Positions 31,594 through 39,537 of a stretch of DNA of 64,000 nt are shown here, one piece after another. Source of the DNA: Pirellulales bacterium. Lineage in GTDB: Bacteria; Planctomycetota; Planctomycetia; Pirellulales; JAICIG01. A program made the position numbers and the translations under genes. How positions within the stretch are numbered: position 1 is the stretch's first letter; each line of letters starts with the position of its first letter. The stretch is from positions 249,220 through 313,219 of the forward strand of contig JBBDYJ010000031.1 in the NCBI GenBank assembly GCA_040901675.1, in the 5' to 3' direction. The notes under the pieces are model-generated. The model saw nothing but the letters and a program-made list of their open reading frames with translations. It ran no database searches and had not been told where the DNA came from.

Positions 31594-32204
31594 CGAACCC
31601 CTATCAAAGTCCGGGACTGGGGCACGCCCTCGATAATCGGAGCCGGCTCCGTTGGGCGAAGAGAGGCGCGTGCGGCGCGAACCTGTCGCTCGTCGTATAC
31701 GGCCTTCTCTTCTGGGTGTACGTGGCGTGGCGGGACTTCAACAGCGAAACCGATCGACTCATTGGCTGGGGAGCCATTGCGATGGCTGGCCTCGGACTGC
31801 TTTTAGCCGCCTGGGTGCTATTCTGTGGCGATTCCATGTCTCGGCTGCTGTCCATGTTCCCGGCGACCGTATCGGTGACTCTTCTTGGACGTGGCCATTT
31901 GCCGGCAGTTACTGCATGGTGGTTAATTGTAACTGGCTTTACGGTCGCATTCGTGGGTGTTTGTTCATTCGCGCTTCGAGCAAGGCTTTCACAGGGATTC
32001 TGCCTGATCGCACCGGCTGTGTTGGGGTCTTTCGCGGTATTTCTTTGGCGTATGGCGGAAGAACACGTGGCTTTGATGATAGCCGGGTCTATTGGAGCCG
32101 TTCTCGCTTTTGTCTTTGGTGGATTGGATCATGGGATCTTGGGCCTGGCCCCAAGCGGGCCCGCTGAACGTCCCAGGGGGACTGGCGGGCCGGAGGTCAG
32201 ATAG
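31590..32204 (+). CDS. multi-TM hypothetical protein (NPYxSP N-terminus), paralog 1
   Basis: ATGA overlap. MTNPYQSP, GANLS and G...RLL..FPA motifs. Confidence 0.7.
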   Translation: MTNPYQSPGLGHALDNRSRLRWAKRGACGANLSLVVYGLLFWVYVAWRDFNSETDRLIGWGAIAMAGLGLLLAAWVLFCGDSMSRLLSMFPATVSVTLLGRGHLPAVTAWWLIVTGFTVAFVGVCSFALRARLSQGFCLIAPAVLGSFAVFLWRMAEEHVALMIAGSIGAVLAFVFGGLDHGILGLAPSGPAERPRGTGGPEVR

Positions 32205-32207
32205 CTG

Positions 32208-32601
32208 TTGTGGCGAACCGATAATCCGTATGGAAGTCCGGCTCGAAGCAAGAAAGGGTCGGCGCGCCCGTCGGTTCGGCGACCTTCCTGGGTGGTTGTT
32301 GCCGGTGCATACCTGTGCGTCATCGCACACGTGCTTCTCATCCAGGTGATGGTTGGTTTTGCCGACAGTTCAAGTTCTTCCGTTGATCGGTTCGGTGTCC
32401 GAGCCTTCGTTCGGTCATCGACTAGTCTCAACTGGCATTTGGTTATGCAACGCATCGATCGTTGCTTCAGGTCTGTACGCATCCTGGTTGGTCATTCGGC
32501 GCGGAAGTACCTCCCAGAAGGCGGTGTGCCTATTGCCGGCCGTTATTCTAGTTATTTGGCCGGGTTGGATGGTCATTCAGATCGTTAGTATCGGCCTTTG
32601 A
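32208..32601 (+). pseudogene. frameshifted membrane protein, paralog 2
   Basis: Frame 32208 gives NPYGSP...GAYL plus a TM. Frame 32353 supplies the homologous C-terminus GLYASWLVIRRGSTSQKAVCLLPA. Confidence 0.65.
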
Positions 32602-32663
32602 TGTCCGCACGTCCCTGAAAATGCGCCCCGGGCGGCGGGTTCCTGTGAAATGACGAATGCCGT

Positions 32664-33002
32664 ATGACAAGAAAGAGTCTGATTGGGTCGCGTGGTCGCG
32701 GTGCCGCCTGGTGGGTCACGGTGGGCGCGAATCTGTCTGTCGTGATCGTTGGCGTGCTATTGTACCTGCTCATCTGGTACGGAGTTAGCGGTTGGAGCAA
32801 GCACCATTGGTGGCTTTCCAAGTTGAATCAGTGGGCTTTGCTGATTGTAAGTGTTACTGGTGCACTTCAAGCCTTATGGTGCTTGCGTTATGGAAGCAAA
32901 CGGCAAAGGCTGCTCTGTGTAGTGCCAGCGATCGTTTTGATCTCCACGGCAGGATGGCTGCTATCCAGTCTGGACATATTATTGAAGGTCGTTCCTGGTT
33001 GA
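32664..33002 (+). CDS. small 3-TM hypothetical protein, paralog 3
   Basis: GANLSVV and GALQALWCLRYGSKRQRLLCVVPA. Confidence 0.7.
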   Translation: MTRKSLIGSRGRGAAWWVTVGANLSVVIVGVLLYLLIWYGVSGWSKHHWWLSKLNQWALLIVSVTGALQALWCLRYGSKRQRLLCVVPAIVLISTAGWLLSSLDILLKVVPG

Positions 33003-33574
33003 TGGCGACTGCTGTGCTCATCATCGTGGTTGGTTTGGTCGGCCTTGGTCTGGCGATTCTCGTCGGCGCAAGGCCGACCAACGCGTGCGTGGCCATTCGA
33101 TTTAGTCTGCGGCAGATGCTGTTGTGGACCGCTGGCGTTGCGGTGCTGCTTGGACTTTTCGTTTATCGTGCTCCGAGCGGAACAGGCTATATCCTGTCGC
33201 TGCCAGTTTTCGCTATGTGGCTGGCAATAGTCGGGGTGATGTATCGTCACGCCCAGTGGCACCATTTGGCGTTCGCTGTGGCGGCGGGCTTTGCGATTGC
33301 AACGGTGGTCGAAATCGAACTGGCCTCGGGCTACGGTTCGCCGCTACCAATCATTGGGCAGATACCAGGGCCTCCATCCAAGGCGATGCAAGCCGTAAAC
33401 CGGGCCCTAATGGCCATGTTCGCAGGTTTCGGGTTCTGGCAGTCGATCTATGGAGTGCGGAAGGGAAAGGGTCTTCTGAGGATGAGTTGTGCCATGACGG
33501 GGCTCGTCCTTGGCGTCGCCGCGGTTGGTATGATTGTCTCCATTCTGGACCTTTGGTTTCGCTGGGGGTTATAG
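33002..33574 (+). CDS. multi-TM hypothetical protein with internal RFSLR.LL motif, possible paralog 4
   Basis: TGATG coupling. C-terminal GFWQSIYGVRKGKGLLRMSC resembles paralog 3. Confidence 0.65.
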   Translation: MATAVLIIVVGLVGLGLAILVGARPTNACVAIRFSLRQMLLWTAGVAVLLGLFVYRAPSGTGYILSLPVFAMWLAIVGVMYRHAQWHHLAFAVAAGFAIATVVEIELASGYGSPLPIIGQIPGPPSKAMQAVNRALMAMFAGFGFWQSIYGVRKGKGLLRMSCAMTGLVLGVAAVGMIVSILDLWFRWGL

Positions 33575-34321
33575 ACGGTTATAGACAAACACCTGGCGCG
33601 TCTCGAGCTGGTAAACCCAGCCGTGCAGCGCCAGCTCGCCGCGGGCCAGGCGTGCCGCCACCGCGGGATGCGTCCGGAGGTGCTCCAGTTGAATCAGCAC
33701 GTTGTGCTGGATGGCCACGTTCAAGAGATCCGCCCCGCCCAGGTGAGCGTATTTCTGCCTCACAATCCGGCGGGCCGCCTCGCCATGCCCCAGCCACGCG
33801 CACACGGCAGGCATCGAATCGCGGATACCGTCGGCGGCCAGCAGAGCCTGGATGGCGCGGCAGTCGGAATGCCCGCAGACCACAATCTCCCGGACCCCCA
33901 GGCCGACCAGGGCAAACTCGATGGTGGCCGCCTCCCCGCCGCCGGCTGTCCCGTGCGGCGGCACCATGCCGCCCGCGCTGCGCTGTATGAACAGCTCCCC
34001 CGGCTCGGCCTGCATGATCACATCAGGGTTGACGCGCGAATCGGAGCAGGTGATGAACAGCGCTCGCGGGCGCTGTCCCTCGGCGATGCGTGTACGAACC
34101 TCACCTGGCCCGGCCTGGATTCGCTCAATATCCGGCTCATGCCGCGCCGGCGGCAGGCAAAGCCGTTCGAAATCGTCCCAGGCCAGATCGCCGAAAGCCA
34201 GCAACTGCTCGCGCGTTTCCGCCGGTGGCGGGAGCTCGATGATCCGGTCGTCGAAACGGGGCGCGGGCCTTTCGGATAACGGGCCAAGACACGACCAAGG
34301 TTCTTTGGCGGGTGCGCTCAT
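33569..34321 (-). pseudogene. chimeric ORF: foreign N-terminus fused to a decaying beta-carbonic anhydrase
   Basis: ALFITCSDSRV, CGHSDC and LHGWVY are present. The native N-terminal helix is missing, RNAGN has become RSAGG and CGA has become CRA. Confidence 0.75.
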
Positions 34322-34386
34322 GACGATCCCCCTCGCAGAAAGCTGCGGCCCACTGGCTATTCGATCGATTCCACGAACTATTCGAT
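34318..34386 (-). repeat. 69-bp element, copy 2
   Basis: Near-identical to 25779-25847. Confidence 0.9.
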
Positions 34387-34415
34387 CTCTCCGAGAGCGG
34401 CCGGTCAACCATTCA

Positions 34416-35378
34416 TCAAGCATCACGCGCCGCGGCGGGCCAGTCCGGCAGGCGCAATCGTGGGAGCCTCTCTTCCAACCGCGGGCGGTGGGACTCCAAC
34501 CCCGGCGGCAGCATCAGTCTGGTGCCCAGCTCGTTTGCCGCCTCGTCGGCCGTGAAGCCGGGGCTGTCGGTCGCGATCTCGAAGAGCACGCCGCCGGGCT
34601 CGCGGAAGTAGATCGAGTGGAAGTATTTGCGGTCCATCACCGGCGAGACGTTGTAGCCCAACTCGACAAGCTTGCTCCGCCAGGCCTGCTGCTGGTCGTC
34701 GTCCGGCGTGCGAAACGCAACGTGGTGCACGACCCCCGCGCCCACGCCCCCCAGGCGACCCTCGGGCAGGCAGACGAGCTCGACGAAGGACGCGGACTCT
34801 CCAGTCCCGGCTCGGTAGCGGAAGCGGTTCCCCTCGCTGCCGTCGGCGCGGAAGCCCATCACGTCGGTCAGCAGTGTGGCAGTTTTCTCGTAGGCGTTTT
34901 CGGAGAGGGTGACCCCGTGAAACCCGCGAATGGCGTGCTGTGGCGGGACCGGCCCGCCTCTCGTTTGGCCGCGCGGTTGCGCTGTCGCGACGATCTCCAG
35001 GTTCAGGCCGTCCGGGTCGGCAAAGCTCAACACCGTTGTGCCAAAGCGAACGATGCTCGGCCGCATCCGCACCTGGTGCTCCTCGAGGCGCTGCGCCCAG
35101 AACTCCACCGCCCCTTCCGGCGCGGCGAAGCTGGTGGCCGTCGCCTGGGGCGGGCCAATCCTGCCGCGATTGGCGCCAGGCCAGGCGAAGAACGTCATGA
35201 TCGTTCCAGGGCGGCCGATCTCGTCGCCGTAGTATAGATGGAAGCTGCCGGGGTCGTCGAAGTTCACCGTGAGCTTGACCAGCCGCAGCCCCAGCACGCC
35301 ACTGTAGAAATCGAGGTTTCGCTGCGCGTGGGCCGTGATCGCCGTGACATGGTGAATGCCGGAAATGGTCGCGTTCAT
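34416..35378 (-). CDS. ring-cleaving dioxygenase (MhqO-like, VOC/glyoxalase superfamily)
   Basis: GIHHVTAI, LRLVK.TVNFDDP..HLYYGD, HHVAFR and [18 protein letters not shown] motifs. Confidence 0.92.
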   Translation of the reverse strand: MNATISGIHHVTAITAHAQRNLDFYSGVLGLRLVKLTVNFDDPGSFHLYYGDEIGRPGTIMTFFAWPGANRGRIGPPQATATSFAAPEGAVEFWAQRLEEHQVRMRPSIVRFGTTVLSFADPDGLNLEIVATAQPRGQTRGGPVPPQHAIRGFHGVTLSENAYEKTATLLTDVMGFRADGSEGNRFRYRAGTGESASFVELVCLPEGRLGGVGAGVVHHVAFRTPDDDQQQAWRSKLVELGYNVSPVMDRKYFHSIYFREPGGVLFEIATDSPGFTADEAANELGTRLMLPPGLESHRPRLEERLPRLRLPDWPAAARDA

Positions 35379-35387
35379 GGGTTTTTC

Positions 35388-36074
35388 TTATTGCGTTCGT
35401 TTCTGATCCCGGACCAGCGGCTCCAGCAGCGCCCGGCAGGCGTCGATCTCGTCCTGGTTGACCGTGTGCGGCATCCCCGGGTAACGGCGCAGCTCCACCC
35501 GCGCGCCCATCCGCCTCAGGACCGCCGCCGTCTCCAGCACGCGCTCCAGGGGAATATGCGCGTCGGGGTCGCTCGTGCCGAGGAACACCGGCGTGCCGGC
35601 AAGCGAGCCGGCGTAGTCTCGCGGCGTGCCGGGCGGACCGATGAGGCCGCCGGTCAACCCCATGACCGCGCCGTAACGCCGCGGCCGGCGGGCGGCGAAC
35701 TCCAGCGCCAGGCACGCGCCCTGCGAGAATCCCAGCAGTGCGATCCGGTCGCTTGGGATGCCGCCGGCCAGCAGCTCGGCAACGAGCGACTCGATTCGGC
35801 GCAACGCCGAATCGAGAAACGGCTGATTTACTTCCAGCGGATCCAGAAACGTTCGCGGATACCAGGTAGAGCCGGCGGCCTGGGGAGCCAGCGCCGCCAG
35901 CGTTGGCAGCCCGATTTGGTCGTACAGCGGCAGCATCCCCTCGGCGGTGCCGCCCCGGCCGTGCAGCAGGACGAGCGTGGCGTCGGCCTCCTGCGGCGCG
36001 GGGCCGGCCGTCCGGACGGGCTGACCGGCATGCGGATCGGGCGTCGTTTCATCCTGCCGGAGCTGCATGTTCAT
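35388..36074 (-). CDS. phospholipase/carboxylesterase
   Basis: LHGRG, GFSQG, D.HIP and PH motifs. This family typically neighbours MhqO-like genes. Confidence 0.9.
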   Translation of the reverse strand: MNMQLRQDETTPDPHAGQPVRTAGPAPQEADATLVLLHGRGGTAEGMLPLYDQIGLPTLAALAPQAAGSTWYPRTFLDPLEVNQPFLDSALRRIESLVAELLAGGIPSDRIALLGFSQGACLALEFAARRPRRYGAVMGLTGGLIGPPGTPRDYAGSLAGTPVFLGTSDPDAHIPLERVLETAAVLRRMGARVELRRYPGMPHTVNQDEIDACRALLEPLVRDQKRTQ

Positions 36075-36153
36075 GGCTCCGCAGCGGTTTCGCAACGTGG
36101 CCCTGCTCGACTGAGGCGGGACAGGGGAGCTGCGCGCGTGCGTCGCGTGCCGT

Positions 36154-36426
36154 TCATGGCTCGACCAGCGAATACATTCCCTGGCTGTCATGCTTGAGCT
36201 TGCCTTGCTTGACCAGCTCGTCCCAGACGGCGCGAGGGTACTGGTTCGGCGGCATGATGGCCACAATCCGGCCCTTGGCGCCGCTGCTCATGGGACCCAC
36301 GCCGATTCTCGATTCGGCGTCGAGGCGCGTCAGCTTGAGACGCTTCCTGAAGGCCTTCAGCGCCAGCTTCAACTCTTGGGCTGAAGGAGTGCCCTCCGGC
36401 GGCGTCGTTGATCCGGGGGTCGACAT
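36154..36426 (-). CDS. small conserved hypothetical protein
   Basis: GAGGGAG RBS; ALKAFRKRLKLTRLDAES...PP.QYPRAVWDELVKQGKL. Confidence 0.75.
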   Translation of the reverse strand: MSTPGSTTPPEGTPSAQELKLALKAFRKRLKLTRLDAESRIGVGPMSSGAKGRIVAIMPPNQYPRAVWDELVKQGKLKHDSQGMYSLVEP

Positions 36427-36518
36427 GGCCATGCTCCCTCTCAAGTGCAGTTGCTCAGATAGCTATTTATCGATTCTACCCGGGACGGACTGGGCCGGGT
36501 ACCATCGTCCGAGGCAGC

Positions 36519-38177
36519 TTAGCCACGAGGCGGCCGGACCGTGAGCCATACGTCGCGGATGCGATGGTCGCGGCCGGGCAGGGGCGCCTCGCCGATGCGC
36601 ACGAGCGGCGCCGCGCCGGCACTTCGCCCCACGATGCGGATGGGACCCGAAAAAGCTTCCGCGCCGCCGGTGAGCGTGAGCTTGACCGCCTTGGCTGAGT
36701 CGTCACCGGCCAGCGACTTCGCCTCCGATACGCTGACACCTGCGGGCAGGCCTTGGACTTCCAGTGCGATTTCCTCGGCGAAGCCGCGCTGGCGGTCGAT
36801 CGCCAACGGGATCTCCAGCGGCTCGCCGGGCACGAGCGTGAAGGCGTGGCCGGCGACCGTGAGACTGAAATCAGGCCGCCCCACGACCGCGCGGAGGCGA
36901 TAGAGATAGCGAGGCCCGCCGTGCTCGTACAGGTCCGACACGACCAGCCGGTACTGGCCGTCGGCCGGAACGGCAAACGAAAGCTCGGCGTCGCGATCGC
37001 CGCCGCTGTCGTCGACGCGGGCCAGCGACTGGTCCCCGGTGTCGAACAGCTCCAGCACCGGATCGAGCGGATAGCCCAGCCCGCGGCTCTCGATCCGAAA
37101 CAGCAGCGTCTGCCCCTTCACGGCCGCAAAACGCCACACGTCGCGGTCGCGGGGCGGATCGATGCGGCCCGTGACCGTAACGGGCAGCTCGATCGGCTGC
37201 GGCTGATCGAAGGGGTTGGGCTCCGCCTCGAGGATAGCCGGGTGCGGCTCCACCGGCAGCCAGGCGGCCTGCGGGAGACGGGGGTCGAAAACGGCGGCGG
37301 CCTCCCCCTGCGCCGAAGCCTCAACCGTGACCGTTGCCGGCCCGTCGCCGAGGTCCCCGTCGCCCAGGTTCCAGTCGCCGAGGTTCCAACCGCCCAACTC
37401 GACGGGCGCGGCCTGCCCGGCGGCGATCGCCAGCGGGAGCGTGTAGTCGACGAAGGGGCCCACGGTAAGGGTGAGCCGGTAGATCAGCGCGTCGCCGCCG
37501 GCCAGGGCGATCGAAGCGTCGGGAACGGCGGGAAAGCCGAACACGCGCACCAGGTACGTTGCCGCGGCCGGCGCGGTGAAATCGAGCTGCGGATCGAGCC
37601 CCAGGCAATCGTCGTTTTGGGCCAGGACGATTCCCCGCGACGAGGCGACCTGCAACACGCAATCGACGGGCGAGGCCAGCGTGCGGTGGGCCTGGACCGA
37701 AGCGACGAGCGTCTGGCCGGCCTGGAGCGCAACGGCGAACACATCGGTGTCGCCTCGCCGGCGCAGGCGGCCGTTGACCACCGCGGGCAGCTCGATGGTT
37801 TGGGGCGCGCGTGGAGTGTCGTTTGGCTCCTGCTCGTCCAGCTCGGCCAGGTTGCCGACGATCCAGGGGAGCACGGCGGCGGCGCCCTCGGAGTTATAGA
37901 GCCGCACCCAGCACACTCCCGGCACGACGTCGTCGGCCACGCTGAACGAGAGCCGGCCTTTCGCTTCCAGCGCGGTGACCGTGACGCCGGGCCGATCGAC
38001 GCACGCCTCGACCGGCCAATCGGCGAACGTGCCCGCCGCGGTCACCTCGACGCTGGCGCCGCGCCGAGCGCCGGCGGGAAAGAAGTATTGGGCCTCCGGG
38101 GGCGCGGCGGCCGCCAGCGCCGCGCTCAGTATCAGCCAGCCGCAGGCGGCAATGATCGCGGCTTTGCACTCCATCAC
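36519..38177 (-). CDS. secreted PPC (pre-peptidase C-terminal)-domain protein
   Basis: Signal peptide; FPAGARRG, E.EPND..AQ.I.LP, D.D.F and YRL repeats. Confidence 0.85.
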   Translation of the reverse strand: MMECKAAIIAACGWLILSAALAAAAPPEAQYFFPAGARRGASVEVTAAGTFADWPVEACVDRPGVTVTALEAKGRLSFSVADDVVPGVCWVRLYNSEGAAAVLPWIVGNLAELDEQEPNDTPRAPQTIELPAVVNGRLRRRGDTDVFAVALQAGQTLVASVQAHRTLASPVDCVLQVASSRGIVLAQNDDCLGLDPQLDFTAPAAATYLVRVFGFPAVPDASIALAGGDALIYRLTLTVGPFVDYTLPLAIAAGQAAPVELGGWNLGDWNLGDGDLGDGPATVTVEASAQGEAAAVFDPRLPQAAWLPVEPHPAILEAEPNPFDQPQPIELPVTVTGRIDPPRDRDVWRFAAVKGQTLLFRIESRGLGYPLDPVLELFDTGDQSLARVDDSGGDRDAELSFAVPADGQYRLVVSDLYEHGGPRYLYRLRAVVGRPDFSLTVAGHAFTLVPGEPLEIPLAIDRQRGFAEEIALEVQGLPAGVSVSEAKSLAGDDSAKAVKLTLTGGAEAFSGPIRIVGRSAGAAPLVRIGEAPLPGRDHRIRDVWLTVRPPRG

Positions 38178-38178
38178 G

Positions 38179-39525
38179 CTACCCCATCAGCTCGGCGATG
38201 GGCGTCGGATCGCTTACCAGGTGCACGGGCCGCCCTTGCGGCGTGTGGTAGATCTTGCCCGGGTCGATGCCCAGCTTTTGGTAAACGGTCGAGACAAAGT
38301 TCTCCGGCGACAGCATGCGCTCGACCGCCGCGTAGCCGCTGCGGTCGGTGGCGCCGACGACCTGCCCGCCGGGCGTGCCGCCACCGGCAAACAGGATCGA
38401 CATGGCGTTGGCCCAGTGGTCGCGGCCTGGTTTGCTCTGGCCGGAGAGCGTCGAGATCTTGGGCGTGCGGCCGAACTCGCCCAGGGCGACCACCAGCGTC
38501 GTGTCGAGCAGTCCCCGCTCGTCGAGGTCGAGGATCAGCGAGGCGATGGTCGACTCGAAGCGAGGCAGCCGCTTGCGCAGGCCGCCGAAGATGTCGGAGT
38601 GGTGGTCCCACCCTCCGTCGTAGAGCGTGACAAAGGGCACGCCCGCTTCGACCAGCCGCCGGGCCAGCAGCGCCCGCTGGCCGAAGGGGTTGCGGCCGTA
38701 GGCCTCGCGGACCGAGTCGGGTTCGCTCTGGATGTCGAAAGCTTTTTGGGCCCGGACGCTGGTCACCAGGTCGTAACCCTGCCGGTAGTATTCGTCGAGC
38801 GCGTGGACGGGGTCGCCCGCGGCGCGGTCGTCGATGCGCGGGAGCCGATCGACCATGCCGCGCAGATCGCGGCGGCCGATGAAGCGGTCGTCGGTCAGCC
38901 CTTCAGGCAGGGCCACGTCGCGGACGCGGAAGTTGTCGCGGTTGGGATCGTCGGAGACGACGAAGGGGGCGTACTTGGCCCCCAGGAAGTTCGGGCCGCC
39001 GGAGCGCGACATGCTGGGCATCGAGAAGTAACCCGGCAGGCCGCGGGGAGCGCCCCGCTCGTAGGCCGCGACCGAGCCGAGGCTGGGGTGAAAGCTGACA
39101 AACGCGCCGCAGCCGACGGGGATCCGCGGCGGAGCGCCGGTCATCATGTAGTGGTTGCCGGCGCCGTGGTTCCCCTGGTTGTGGCAGACCGAGCGGACAA
39201 TGGCCAGCTTGTCGGCGATGCCGGCCAGCCGCGGCATGTGCTCGGAGAAATGCACGCTGGGCAGGCGGGTCTCGATCGCCTCGAACTCGCCGCGGATTTC
39301 CAGCGGCGCCTCGGGCTTGGGATCGAACGTTTCAAAGTGCGTCGGTCCGCCGTCCATCCAGATCAGGATGCAGTTGACCGGCTTGCGCGTGCCCTCGCCG
39401 GCCTCCTGGGCGGCCTGGCCGGAGAGCCGGAGCAGGTCGACCAGGCCTCCGCAGCCCAGGGCGGCCAGGCCCAGTTGCAACGAGTCGCGGCGAGTCATTC
39501 CCTGGCAGTTGCGATGGACGGCCAT
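38179..39525 (-). CDS. DUF1501 domain protein
   Basis: Tat-like TRRD.L, WMDGGP.H.ETFDPKP, WD.H, GEFGRTP and GRDHW motifs. Confidence 0.93.
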   Translation of the reverse strand: MAVHRNCQGMTRRDSLQLGLAALGCGGLVDLLRLSGQAAQEAGEGTRKPVNCILIWMDGGPTHFETFDPKPEAPLEIRGEFEAIETRLPSVHFSEHMPRLAGIADKLAIVRSVCHNQGNHGAGNHYMMTGAPPRIPVGCGAFVSFHPSLGSVAAYERGAPRGLPGYFSMPSMSRSGGPNFLGAKYAPFVVSDDPNRDNFRVRDVALPEGLTDDRFIGRRDLRGMVDRLPRIDDRAAGDPVHALDEYYRQGYDLVTSVRAQKAFDIQSEPDSVREAYGRNPFGQRALLARRLVEAGVPFVTLYDGGWDHHSDIFGGLRKRLPRFESTIASLILDLDERGLLDTTLVVALGEFGRTPKISTLSGQSKPGRDHWANAMSILFAGGGTPGGQVVGATDRSGYAAVERMLSPENFVSTVYQKLGIDPGKIYHTPQGRPVHLVSDPTPIAELMG

Positions 39526-39537
39526 GGCAGGCTCCCT

